Source: Candidatus Omnitrophota bacterium (GTDB taxonomy: Bacteria > Omnitrophota > Gorgyraeia > 2-01-FULL-45-10). From it: a DNA stretch of 64,000 nucleotides. Where the stretch lies: positions 8,895 through 72,894 of the forward strand of contig CAIMPC010000062.1 in NCBI GenBank assembly GCA_903843285.1. The letters are read 5' to 3'. The first letter of the stretch is position 1. Every line of letters begins with the position of its first letter. Below are positions 19,301 through 28,867 of the stretch, piece by piece. Position numbers and translations under genes: made by a program. Below the pieces are notes generated by a model that had not been told where the DNA came from, did not search any database, and saw only the letters and a program-made list of their open reading frames with translations.

Positions 19301-20167
19301 TTATAATCCGGCGGCATCCAGAACCATCGGCACTTTCCTGTCCCACCCTATTGGCATGATGTGTATGCCTTGGCATAAAGGCCTGAGTTCTTTAATAAGC
19401 CGCGTGGAGATACCGATAGAGGAAGCGCTTCTATCCTTAGCGCTTTCCATCTCTTCTATAATATCATCAGGCACATGTACGCCCGATACGTTATCATTCA
19501 TAAAACGCGCCATGCCTGCGGATTTCAATAAGACTATACCGGCCAATATCGGCACATTCAGGTGCTTTGTCAGGCGCGCAAAATTCTTAAATATATCGAC
19601 GTCATACACAGCCTGTGTCTGAAAAAATTTCGCTCCGTTTGCAATCTTTTGTTCCATCTTAATTATTTCCGGCTCTATGGGATCCGCTCCGGGATTAACC
19701 ACGGCTCCGAGACAAAATTCGGGCGTTCCTCTCAGGGGATTACCCTTCATGTCCTTACCTTCCTGCAGACCCATTGCCACTTTAAGCAGTTGGACGCTGT
19801 TAAGGTCAAATACGGGCTTCGACTCCGGATGATCGCCGAGAGTCGGGTAATCCCCGGTAAGTATAAGGACGTTTTTTATTCCGAGAATACCTGCCGAGAG
19901 CAGATCTGACTGCAGTGCAAGGCGGTTCCTATCACGACAGGTCACCTGAAGTATCGGTTCGATGCCAATGTCCATTAAAAGATGGCTCAGCACCAACGAT
20001 CCTGCCCTCATTACAGAGCTCTGAAGATCGGTCACATTCACGGCATCCACCCTATCTTTGATCAAAGAGACATCGTCAATAACCATCTTCACATCTATGC
20101 CTTTTGGCGGAGCGATCTCGCTGGTTACAATGAATTTACCCGACTTAAGTTTTTCGCAAAATGTCAT
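19301..20167 (-). CDS. metF: 5,10-methylenetetrahydrofolate reductase
   Basis: 288 aa. MetF TIM-barrel motifs. Confidence 0.85.
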   Translation of the reverse strand: MTFCEKLKSGKFIVTSEIAPPKGIDVKMVIDDVSLIKDRVDAVNVTDLQSSVMRAGSLVLSHLLMDIGIEPILQVTCRDRNRLALQSDLLSAGILGIKNVLILTGDYPTLGDHPESKPVFDLNSVQLLKVAMGLQEGKDMKGNPLRGTPEFCLGAVVNPGADPIEPEIIKMEQKIANGAKFFQTQAVYDVDIFKNFARLTKHLNVPILAGIVLLKSAGMARFMNDNVSGVHVPDDIIEEMESAKDRSASSIGISTRLIKELRPLCQGIHIMPIGWDRKVPMVLDAAGL

Positions 20168-21037
20168 CTATAGCTTTTCCGCGCGCGCCTGCGCTTTAAA
20201 CTGCTCGATCGTATTCCTCATCAGCATAATCGTAGTAAGAGGTCCGACGCCACCCGGGACCGGCGTTATGAAAGATGCCTTCGTCTCGGCGCTATCGAAT
20301 TCGACGTCACCCATTATCTTATCCCCGACCTTATTTATCCCCACATCTATTACTATGGCACCGGGCGATATCCAATCGCCTTTGATTAGCCCGGCTTTTC
20401 CTACGGCAACGATCAGAATTTCGGCGCGCTTCACATGGTCAGCCAGATGCCCGAGCTGGCTTGTAGCGATATGGCATATCGTCGTGGTAGCAAAATTATT
20501 GACGAGCATGAGCGAGATCGGCTTACCTACGATATCGGAGTGGCCCACGACTACGGCCTCTTTACCGTACAGCTTCACCCCCGTGGATACCAACAGCTCC
20601 ATAATAGCCATTGATGTGCATGGACCTATCGAATACTTTCCGAGAACTATCTTCCCTATATTCTTCGGATGCATCCCTTCCGCATCCTTTTCGGGCGCTA
20701 TCAGGCCGGATATCTTAGCGGCGTCGATCTCGCCCGGCACCGGCAGTTGTAATATCATGGCCGTCACCGACCGATCTTCGTTCAGGTCGTTTACAGCCTT
20801 CTCCGCCGCGGCCTGCGACGTGCCCTCCGGAAGGCTTCTCAGCTCATACTCTATGCCTAACGATTCTGCGGCCTTCTTTTGATTCCTTATATAGACTTCT
20901 GAGGAGGCATTCTCGCCTATCTGAAGCGCTACCAGCCTCGGCGATACGCCACGCTCAGCCTTAAGCTCTATTACCTCCTGTGCCAGAAGGGCCCTGATCT
21001 TTTCCGCAATCGGTTTACCTTCCAGTAATTTTGCCAT
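20168..21037 (-). CDS. folD: bifunctional methylene-THF dehydrogenase / methenyl-THF cyclohydrolase
   Basis: 289 aa. Typical FolD (…VVVGHSDIVGKP…). Confidence 0.9.
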   Translation of the reverse strand: MAKLLEGKPIAEKIRALLAQEVIELKAERGVSPRLVALQIGENASSEVYIRNQKKAAESLGIEYELRSLPEGTSQAAAEKAVNDLNEDRSVTAMILQLPVPGEIDAAKISGLIAPEKDAEGMHPKNIGKIVLGKYSIGPCTSMAIMELLVSTGVKLYGKEAVVVGHSDIVGKPISLMLVNNFATTTICHIATSQLGHLADHVKRAEILIVAVGKAGLIKGDWISPGAIVIDVGINKVGDKIMGDVEFDSAETKASFITPVPGGVGPLTTIMLMRNTIEQFKAQARAEKL

Positions 21038-21060
21038 GTAAGGATCCTTTCATCCATAAG

Positions 21061-21669
21061 CTATGAAATGATTATCTCTTCGCACATCTCCAGTATATCT
21101 TCCCTGAGTTTCGGCATCTCTTCTTCCATGGGGGCCAGGACATGATGTATTTTGGCAATGTAGTCCGTATCGCTTATGTTCTTCAGATTGACATAAACAT
21201 TGAATCTGGCCGCCAGGAACGAGGCGTCGAATAACGTTACGGCTATGGCTGTATCCGTTATCAAATTCTTATTGCCGAATTCGGCCAAATCACGGCATAG
21301 CTTAATGCATTTATTCGATATTTTGCAAACCAGAAACGGCGATTCCAGCGCACTCTTATAAAATTCATCCAGCCGGGCGCTGTCATTGTGCGTCTCTTTT
21401 AATGCGAGCACTAATTTCTTATAAGCATCTATATCGGCATCTATAAGAGCCCTGAGCTCTGAATCGAACTTCTGCGCTTCCAGCAGGATGCCGGCGACAT
21501 TGCATTCCACATCTTTATATTCCGGCTTACCGATAGTAAAATTTGCAACCATGGACAAAAGAGACGTCCCGATCGAAGCCGTGAGAGCGGCCGCGCTTCC
21601 GCCGCCCGGCGTCGGCTTCTTAGAGGCAAGGTCATCCAAATATTCACTAAGCGGCCTATCTATGTACAT
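21061..21669 (-). CDS. fchA: methenyltetrahydrofolate cyclohydrolase (FchA, cyclodeaminase-domain family)
   Basis: About 200 aa. Formiminotransferase-cyclodeaminase-like (GGGSAAALTAS). I place the start at MYIDRPL. Confidence 0.7.
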   Translation of the reverse strand: MYIDRPLSEYLDDLASKKPTPGGGSAAALTASIGTSLLSMVANFTIGKPEYKDVECNVAGILLEAQKFDSELRALIDADIDAYKKLVLALKETHNDSARLDEFYKSALESPFLVCKISNKCIKLCRDLAEFGNKNLITDTAIAVTLFDASFLAARFNVYVNLKNISDTDYIAKIHHVLAPMEEEMPKLREDILEMCEEIIIS

Positions 21670-23350
21670 ATCGGATCCTCCCTTTCGCATCAATATCTAT
21701 ATTCTCTCCGCAGGGATGCGCCGGTAAGCTGGGCATGGTAAGCATCTTCCCGCATAACGCATAGAGAAATCCGGCTCCGATAGAGGGTTTGACGTCCCTG
21801 ACGGGCAACACGAAATTTCTTGGCGCGCCCTTCAACTTTGGATCGTGTGACAACGATAGATGCGTCTTCGCCATACATACAGGGATCTTATTGAATCCGA
21901 ACTTCTCATAAAGCGCGATACTCTCTAATGCGGCCGGTTCAAAATGAACACTCTTTGCGCCGTAAACCTTCTTGGCTATCGTCTCGATCTTCTCTTTTAT
22001 GGAAATGTCCAGCGGATATAAATATCTAAATTTACTATTTCCACGGCATGCTTCGACGACTGCCCCTGCCAGGGCCGTAGCGCCCCGCGAGCCATACCTG
22101 TAGCAGTCATTGACAACGCAGTTAAAAGCGCCCGCAGCCAGCGCCTTCTTTCTGAGGGCATTGATCTCCCTGTCGGTATCGGTCTTAAAGCGATTAATAG
22201 CTACTATGCACGGCACACCATAAAGCCTGGAGTTCTCTATCTGTTTTTCTAAGTTTGTGCATCCGGCCTCGAGGGCCTCTACATTCTCTTTGGTAATGCA
22301 TTTTTCCAGGGGATTACCGACTACCATTTTATAAATTCCGGAATGTATCTTCAGCGCTCTGACGGAACAAACCAGAACCACGGCATCGGGCTTAAGGCCG
22401 CTCGTCCTGCACTTTATATTGGCAAACTTTTCGAGTCCGCAGTCTGCGCCAAAGCCCGCCTCAGTGACTACGTAATCGGCCAGATTCAGCGCCATCACAT
22501 CGGCGATTATAGAGCTATTGCCATGCGTTATATTTGCAAACGGCCCCGTATGAATAAAACATGGCGTGTTTTCAATGGTCTGGACGAGGCTCGGTTTTAT
22601 CGCCTCTCTCAATAACAGCGCCATCGAGCCGGCCACTTTTAAGTCTTCAGCGGTCACAGGCTTCTTATTTTTAGTCAGCCCTATCACGATTTTGGATAAT
22701 CTCTCGCGCATATCTTTTATCGAATCCGTAAGCGCAAGGATAGCCATTATTTCGCTTGCCGCAGTTATATCAAAACCCGTGTCGCGCTCGACGCCGTCCT
22801 GTTCGTCTCCTCCAAGGCCTATCCTCACATTTCGAAGCGCGCGATCGTTTGTATCCACAACCCTTCTCCAATAAATCCTGTCTTTATCTATATTGAGAGG
22901 ATTGCCTCTGAAGAGATGATTATCGATAAATGCCGCGCAAAGGTTGTGCGCCTGGCCCACAGCATGAATATCGCCGGTGAGATGCATATTTATATCGTCC
23001 ATCGGCAAAACCTGAGAATAACCGCCGCCCACACCGCCGCCCTTAATCCCAAAAAATGGGCCAAGCGATGGTTGCCTCAGGCAGGCTACAGCTTTTTCAC
23101 CGATACGGTTTAAGGCCATTGAAAGGCCTATGGTCGTTACGGTCTTACCCTCGCCTAAATGCGTAGGCGTTATACCGGTCACGACCACGTATTTGCCCTT
23201 AGTTTTTCTGCGCTTTTTCAATAAATCTAATGATATCTTGGCCTTAAGATCCCCGTATAGTTCGAGGCAACCCTTTGGTATGCCGAGAGATGCGGCAATA
23301 TGCGTAATCGGCTTCAGTTTTGCTTTTTGGGCGATCTCGATATCTGTCAT
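21656..23350 (-). CDS. fhs: formate--tetrahydrofolate ligase
   Basis: 564 aa. P-loop PTHLGEGKTVTTIGL. Full-length FTHFS. Confidence 0.9.
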   Translation of the reverse strand: MTDIEIAQKAKLKPITHIAASLGIPKGCLELYGDLKAKISLDLLKKRRKTKGKYVVVTGITPTHLGEGKTVTTIGLSMALNRIGEKAVACLRQPSLGPFFGIKGGGVGGGYSQVLPMDDINMHLTGDIHAVGQAHNLCAAFIDNHLFRGNPLNIDKDRIYWRRVVDTNDRALRNVRIGLGGDEQDGVERDTGFDITAASEIMAILALTDSIKDMRERLSKIVIGLTKNKKPVTAEDLKVAGSMALLLREAIKPSLVQTIENTPCFIHTGPFANITHGNSSIIADVMALNLADYVVTEAGFGADCGLEKFANIKCRTSGLKPDAVVLVCSVRALKIHSGIYKMVVGNPLEKCITKENVEALEAGCTNLEKQIENSRLYGVPCIVAINRFKTDTDREINALRKKALAAGAFNCVVNDCYRYGSRGATALAGAVVEACRGNSKFRYLYPLDISIKEKIETIAKKVYGAKSVHFEPAALESIALYEKFGFNKIPVCMAKTHLSLSHDPKLKGAPRNFVLPVRDVKPSIGAGFLYALCGKMLTMPSLPAHPCGENIDIDAKGRIRYVHR

Positions 23351-23459
23351 ATTTAGCCTTAGGTTATAATAATATATTAGTTCATTATGGACGGGTTTAT
23401 TCTAATATAAAGGCCTGGTGGGGTCAATACAATTTGCTTCTAATTTGCTTCCGAATAAC

Positions 23460-24080
23460 TTACTTTATGAGTGATTTGACCGGGCCAAATGTCTTACGAT
23501 GGATCGGCGATACGCCATTATCTGCCAACGCTTTTTTATGCGCCTTTGTGGGGTAGCCTTTATGCCGCGCAAATCCGTACTGGGGGAATGTTTTATCGTA
23601 CTCTTTCATGATGCGGTCCCGCGTCACCTTTGCCACGATCGATGCCGCCGCTATGGACATGCTCAATGAATCACCTCTGATAATGCATTTTACGGGACAT
23701 TTAGCGGGAAGATTAACTCTGCCATCGACGATTATAAAATCCGGAGGCGTAGATAGTTTCGATAGCGCCTCTTCCATGGCTCTTATCGTGGCTTTATAAA
23801 TATTGATCTCATCGATCACCTTCTCGTCCGCCATGCCTATGCCAACTATGGCCTTACTGAAGATCTCATCGTAAGCCCGCTCCCTCATTTTAGGGGTAAG
23901 CTTCTTAGAGTCATCTATCCGCGCTTTAAATGAGAAATCCTTCAGAATAACGGCACCGGCAACGACAGGGCCGGCCAAGGGACCCCGGCCGGCCTCGTCT
24001 ACGCCTGCTATTAACTTATATCCCTGACTACTTAGCCTCTTCTCGTGGCTTAGCAGCTGTCTGGTCTTGCGAATGGCCAT
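23460..24080 (-). CDS. rnhB: ribonuclease HII
   Basis: GVDEAGRGPLAGPVV motif. 206 aa. Confidence 0.85.
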   Translation of the reverse strand: MAIRKTRQLLSHEKRLSSQGYKLIAGVDEAGRGPLAGPVVAGAVILKDFSFKARIDDSKKLTPKMRERAYDEIFSKAIVGIGMADEKVIDEINIYKATIRAMEEALSKLSTPPDFIIVDGRVNLPAKCPVKCIIRGDSLSMSIAAASIVAKVTRDRIMKEYDKTFPQYGFARHKGYPTKAHKKALADNGVSPIHRKTFGPVKSLIK

Positions 24081-24426
24081 GCGACACCTTCTCTTCGACC
24101 TTGGACTCTTTTCCGACTTTACGCTTTAAGTAGTAAAGCTTTGCCCTGTTAACATCGCCCTTCTTTACAACCTTTATCTTATCAATAGATGGCGAGTGAA
24201 GAGGAAAGACCATCTCGACACCCTCACCATACGATACCTTACGCATCGTAATGGTTTCGGTAAGGCCTGACCCGGCGCGCGCTATGATAACGCCTTCGAA
24301 GGTCTGGATGCGCGACTTCCCTTCTTCGACTATCTTCAGCTGTACGTCGAGCGTATCGCCGATATCGAACTCAGATATGTCTTTCTTCAGGAATTTTGAC
24401 TCTACAAATTTAATCATATCTTCCAT
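24028..24426 (-). CDS. rplS: 50S ribosomal protein L19
   Basis: Conserved L19 core from MEDMIKFVE…, with a short charged C-terminal extension. Confidence 0.85.
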   Translation of the reverse strand: MEDMIKFVESKFLKKDISEFDIGDTLDVQLKIVEEGKSRIQTFEGVIIARAGSGLTETITMRKVSYGEGVEMVFPLHSPSIDKIKVVKKGDVNRAKLYYLKRKVGKESKVEEKVSHGHSQDQTAAKPREEAK

Positions 24427-24450
24427 GTTACTATCCTTTCTTTTTGTTTT

Positions 24451-24539
24451 GTCATCCTGAACCCGCCGGAGCTTTAGTAGCGGGTGAAGGATCTGGACGC
24501 GTAGATTCTTCGTCGGGCTAAAGCCCTCCTCAGAATGAC
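24451..24539. repeat. two adjacent REP/MITE-like units (GTCATCCTGA-hairpin-GAAGGATCT and AGATTCTTCG-hairpin-CTCAGAATGAC)
   Basis: Intergenic, between trmD and rplS. Same unit family as at the other REP-like sites. Confidence 0.7.
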
Positions 24540-24563
24540 ACACGCAATTCTATGACCAAACTA

Positions 24564-25244
24564 TCACTTCTTCCTTAACAGATCAGGTCTTCTCTGTCTA
24601 GTTCTCTTCACTGCCTCTTTCGCACGCCAATCATCTATCTTCTTATGGTCACCGGACAATAGAATGTCCGGAACCTTCATGCCCTTAAATTCTGCCGGAC
24701 GAGTATATTGCGGATACTCTAAAAAATCGTTCTCAAATGACTCCGATGCGGTCGAATCGCCGGAGCCCAGCACGCCCGGTATCAATCTCGTAACCGAATC
24801 TATAAGCACCATCGCGGGTAACTCACCGCATGTCAATATATAGTCGCCTACCGAGATCTCCTCATCGACCAGAGATCTTACCCTTTCGTCGACGCCTTCA
24901 TAATGGCCGCATATAAGAATGAGCTCTTTTTCTTTAGCAAATCTTTTTACTGTCTTCTGATCGAGCTTTATACCCTGAGGCGTAAGCAGTATAACTTTTG
25001 CGCCGCTTCCTTCAGAGGACTTAATATCCTTAAGCGCTAAATATACCGGCTCTACCTTCATCACCATTCCGGGCCCGCCGCCGAACGGTTTATCGTCAGC
25101 GCTGTGATGATTGTCGAAGGTCCAATCTCTTAAGTCATGTATTTTAACCTTTAGAAAGCCCTTAGCCTGGGCCCTCTTAAGGATCGACTCACCAAGGACG
25201 CTGTCGAACATATTGGGAAAAAGAGTCAGGATGTCTATATACAT
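24564..25244 (-). CDS. trmD: tRNA (guanine37-N1)-methyltransferase
   Basis: Typical TrmD, including the SPOUT knot region. Confidence 0.9.
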   Translation of the reverse strand: MYIDILTLFPNMFDSVLGESILKRAQAKGFLKVKIHDLRDWTFDNHHSADDKPFGGGPGMVMKVEPVYLALKDIKSSEGSGAKVILLTPQGIKLDQKTVKRFAKEKELILICGHYEGVDERVRSLVDEEISVGDYILTCGELPAMVLIDSVTRLIPGVLGSGDSTASESFENDFLEYPQYTRPAEFKGMKVPDILLSGDHKKIDDWRAKEAVKRTRQRRPDLLRKK

Positions 25245-25272
25245 ACATTGCACTAGTTCATATAACTATAAA

Positions 25273-25524
25273 CTATGAACTGACCTTCACTCCCTGCTTC
25301 TTTAATAGAGTCCTTACCGCGGGAGACGGCTTAGCGCCTACGCTTATCCAATACTCAGCTCTGGCCTTATTAACCTTCACTGTTGCGGGATCGGTCTTAG
25401 GATCGTAGAAGCCCAATATATCTATTGGCCTCGAGTCCCTTGCCCTGCGTTTATCCATCACCACTATCTTATGTACGGGCTTCTTTAGAGCCCCTGCCCT
25501 CTTTAATCTGATTACTGCCGACAT
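25273..25524 (-). CDS. rpsP: 30S ribosomal protein S16
   Basis: 83 aa. MSAVIRLKRAG…. Confidence 0.9.
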   Translation of the reverse strand: MSAVIRLKRAGALKKPVHKIVVMDKRRARDSRPIDILGFYDPKTDPATVKVNKARAEYWISVGAKPSPAVRTLLKKQGVKVSS

Positions 25525-25533
25525 TTATTCCTC

Positions 25534-26799
25534 CTATTTCTCTTTTTCTCTCCAGACATTAGCACCCAGCTTCACAAGCTTCTCTTCCAATCTTTCATAA
25601 CCTCTATCGAGATGATAGATTCTATGCACATCGGTCCTGCCTTCGGCGACCAGCCCTGCCAATACCAGCGCGGCTGATGCCCTTAAATCCGACGCCATAA
25701 CGGGCGCGCCGCTAAGGCTCTTAACTCCCTTAATAACGGCAGTCGCGCCTTCTAATATAATATCCGCGCCCATACGATTCAGCTCGCTTATATGTATAAA
25801 ACGCTCCGGATATATCTTCTCAGTTATGACACTTATTCCGTCGGTAACTGTCATAAGGCTCATCATCTGCGCCTGGATATCGGTCGGAAAACCGGGATAT
25901 GTGAGCGTCGTTATATCGGCCGGCTTTAATTTCTTTACGTGTTTAACTCTAAGTCCTGACGGAACTTTTTTTACACTCACGCCGGATTCCTCCAGCTTAT
26001 CCACTAAAGCTATCAGATGTTCGAGCTTAGCATTCTTAACAATGACATCCCCTTTAGTTATCGCGGCGGCCAACATATAAGTGCCGGCCTCGATACGATC
26101 GGGTATAACGGCATGCTCTGCGCCATGCAGTTTCTTAACGCCCTCGATTACTATCCTGTGCGTCGAATGCCCTTTTATCTTAGCACCCATCTTTATAAGA
26201 AAATGCGCCAGGTCCACAACCTCAGGCTCACATGCGGCATTCTCGATAACAGTGACACCTTTTGTCAGGGTCGCAGCCATCATGATATTTCCGGTGGCAA
26301 GGACGCTCGAACCGAAATGCCCACCCAAGTATATGTGGCTGCCGCGCATCTTACGTCCATCCGCTATCAGATAGCCCTTCTCGACCTTAATATTCACTCC
26401 CAGGGCTCTCAAACCCTTCAGATGAATATCTATCGGCCTGGGGCCTATAACGCATCCGCCCGGAAAAGATACCTCGGCCCTCTTCTGTTTTCCTAAGAGC
26501 GGGCCGAGCACGCAAATGGATGCGCGCATCGTGCTTACCAATTCGTAAGGGGCAATGAATTTCTTATATCCGGCGGCCTCTATGGTCGCCACATCGCTTT
26601 CCTGCTTCGCCTTAACATCAAGGTTCTTAAGTATCTTCAGCATCGTCGAAATATCGCGAAGTGTCGAAACATTCCTTATTACACATTTATCGTCGGTGAG
26701 CAGAGTAGCCGCAAGTATCGGCAGACATGCGTTCTTAGAGCCGCTTATCTCCACGGTTCCGGATAGACGTTTTGAACCCTCTATAACTAATTTATCCAT
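25534..26799 (-). CDS. murA: UDP-N-acetylglucosamine 1-carboxyvinyltransferase
   Basis: 421 aa. EPT-fold MurA motifs. Confidence 0.9.
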   Translation of the reverse strand: MDKLVIEGSKRLSGTVEISGSKNACLPILAATLLTDDKCVIRNVSTLRDISTMLKILKNLDVKAKQESDVATIEAAGYKKFIAPYELVSTMRASICVLGPLLGKQKRAEVSFPGGCVIGPRPIDIHLKGLRALGVNIKVEKGYLIADGRKMRGSHIYLGGHFGSSVLATGNIMMAATLTKGVTVIENAACEPEVVDLAHFLIKMGAKIKGHSTHRIVIEGVKKLHGAEHAVIPDRIEAGTYMLAAAITKGDVIVKNAKLEHLIALVDKLEESGVSVKKVPSGLRVKHVKKLKPADITTLTYPGFPTDIQAQMMSLMTVTDGISVITEKIYPERFIHISELNRMGADIILEGATAVIKGVKSLSGAPVMASDLRASAALVLAGLVAEGRTDVHRIYHLDRGYERLEEKLVKLGANVWREKEK

Positions 26800-27482
26800 T
26801 CGATTATTATTACCCTATCGATACCGTTAAAATCTTTCTTTATGCAATTTACTTTAAAATATCCACTCTCATCTACTATAGCGCTTACTGCGCATCGCTG
26901 GCCGAAGCCTATCTCAAGTAACGCATATCCGCCGCGCTTTAAATTGTCCGGCAGTTTCGAGATTATGCGCCTGTAATAATCGAGTCCGTCCTCGCCACCA
27001 TCCAGCGCTATCCTGGGTTCCCTAAGAACTTCTTCCTGTAATGTCGGGAATTCATATTTTGCAATATAAGGCGGGTTCGAGACAACTATATCAAATTTAT
27101 CATCGATACCATCGAACAGATCTCTATTTATGAATTCTATATGGTTATACAAACCATTCCTGATAGCGTTTCGCCTGGCAACCTCTATGGCATCCGGCGA
27201 AATGTCGGAAGCGATTATTCTACAATTAGTTGGGCCTTTTGTCAACCTTTCGGCCAAAGCTATTGCGACACAGCCGGATCCGGTGCATAAATCCAATATT
27301 TTAATCTCGCCAACTTTTAATGAGCATAAACCGGTAAGCTGAACAGCCGCTTCGACCAAAACCTCGGTCTCAGGCCTGGGAATAAGGACGCGTTCATCGA
27401 CATTAATGTTAATCCCGCAAAATTCCACGCTCCCTATAACATATTGTATCGGTGTATATGGCGCTATCGTCCTCATGCTCAC
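26787..27482 (-). CDS. prmC: release factor glutamine methyltransferase (PrmC/HemK), N-terminally short form
   Basis: NPPY motif (VVSNPPYI) and an SAM-binding motif. Immediately downstream of prfA. Confidence 0.75.
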   Translation of the reverse strand: MSMRTIAPYTPIQYVIGSVEFCGININVDERVLIPRPETEVLVEAAVQLTGLCSLKVGEIKILDLCTGSGCVAIALAERLTKGPTNCRIIASDISPDAIEVARRNAIRNGLYNHIEFINRDLFDGIDDKFDIVVSNPPYIAKYEFPTLQEEVLREPRIALDGGEDGLDYYRRIISKLPDNLKRGGYALLEIGFGQRCAVSAIVDESGYFKVNCIKKDFNGIDRVIIIEWIN

Positions 27483-28552
27483 GTCGCGGCCTTCAATCTT
27501 AGTTTCTTATCTTCGGCCTTTAATGCGGCCACAAGCTCATCCAGATTACCCTCCATAACACCTTCCAGATTATGCGTAGTAAATCCTATCCTATGGTCCG
27601 TAATGCGCCTGTCCGGAAAGTTGTAAGTCCTTATCTTCTCCGAGCGATCTCCACTGCCTACCTGGGCTCGTCTGGATTGCGTTATCTTATCGGACTGCTC
27701 CTTCTGCCTTGCATCAAATAGCCTTGCGCGCAGGACCTTAAGAGCCTTAGACTTATTCTTAAGCTGTGATCGCTCGTCCTGACAGGTGACGACGAGTCCG
27801 GAAGGCAGATGCGTAAGCCTTACAGCTGAGTCCGTCCTATTAACACCCTGGCCGCCCGCACCGCCTGATCTAAATACATCGATCTTCAGATCCTCGGGCC
27901 TTATCTCTATATCGACGTCCTCGGCTTCCGGTAATACCGCCACCGTCGCCGCAGACGTATGTATCCTGCCGCTCGCCTCAGTCTCCGGGACTCTCTGAAC
28001 TCTGTGCGTGCCGGATTCAAATTTCATCATACCATAAACTCCGGAGCCGGATACTGAACATATGACTTCCTTATAGCCGCCCTTCTCGCTAAGGCTCGAA
28101 TCTATCAGCTCCACCCTCCAGCCATTCTTGGCCGCGTATCTCGAATACATGCGCAGGAGATCGGCTGCAAATAGACTGGCTTCCACTCCACCGGTTCCCG
28201 CCCTTATCTCGAGAATGATTCCTCTTTGAGCGCCCGAATCTTTCTCCAATATCATGTCTTCGATCCTGGATGCGGACGCTTTTAATGCCTCGGTGAGCCT
28301 ATGCCTCTCCTCTTCGGCTAAAACAAGAAACTCCTTATCATGAGTCTTATCGCTAAGCACCTTCTCCATATCTTTCAGGTCGACGGCCATCTTTTGATGC
28401 TCTTCGTAAGCCTTTATTATCGGCGTAAGGGAAGCGAACTCCTTAGCATAAGATTGATATTCTAAGCCGTTTCCCACTACTTTCGGATCGGCCAATAGCT
28501 GATTCAGCTGGTCATACCTTTTCTTACGTTCCTGGACTATCTTATCGATCAT
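27479..28552 (-). CDS. prfA: peptide chain release factor 1
   Basis: GGQ motif (SGGAGGQGVNRT). 357 aa. Confidence 0.9.
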   Translation of the reverse strand: MIDKIVQERKKRYDQLNQLLADPKVVGNGLEYQSYAKEFASLTPIIKAYEEHQKMAVDLKDMEKVLSDKTHDKEFLVLAEEERHRLTEALKASASRIEDMILEKDSGAQRGIILEIRAGTGGVEASLFAADLLRMYSRYAAKNGWRVELIDSSLSEKGGYKEVICSVSGSGVYGMMKFESGTHRVQRVPETEASGRIHTSAATVAVLPEAEDVDIEIRPEDLKIDVFRSGGAGGQGVNRTDSAVRLTHLPSGLVVTCQDERSQLKNKSKALKVLRARLFDARQKEQSDKITQSRRAQVGSGDRSEKIRTYNFPDRRITDHRIGFTTHNLEGVMEGNLDELVAALKAEDKKLRLKAAT

Positions 28553-28558
28553 ATTTCC

Positions 28559-28825
28559 TTATTCGGCTTTAACTTCGCCTTTAGCTTCCTCTTTCGATGC
28601 TACAGCAGTCTTCGCCTTCGATTTAACGTTGCCGGCATATCGCTTAGAGAACTTCTCGATGCGGCCTGCAGAGTCTATCAGCTTCTGCGTCCCGGTAAAG
28701 AACGGGTGGCACTTCGAACAAATATCGACCTGTATGCTCGGCTTTGTAGAGCGGGTCTTAACTACCTCACCGCAAGCGCAGTGTATAGTAGCCTCTTCAT
28801 ATTTCGGGTGTATCTTCTCTTTCAT
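28559..28825 (-). CDS. rpmE: 50S ribosomal protein L31 (Cys-containing type A)
   Basis: 88 aa. CxxC…CxxC zinc ribbon. Confidence 0.9.
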   Translation of the reverse strand: MKEKIHPKYEEATIHCACGEVVKTRSTKPSIQVDICSKCHPFFTGTQKLIDSAGRIEKFSKRYAGNVKSKAKTAVASKEEAKGEVKAE

Positions 28826-28867
28826 GACATTCTCCTTTTTGTTGTTTTCTTTGGACTATTATATTAA

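Noticed and set aside
20058-20882. 274-aa plus-strand ORF. The same applies to plus-strand ORFs at 47832..48416, 50897..51523, 9523..10029, 14420..14872 and 12237..12758.
   Set aside because: Each lies antisense within a well-supported minus-strand gene (folD, trpD, hisF, panE, RACo, acsD). The translations are low-complexity with no family resemblance. They are shadow ORFs.
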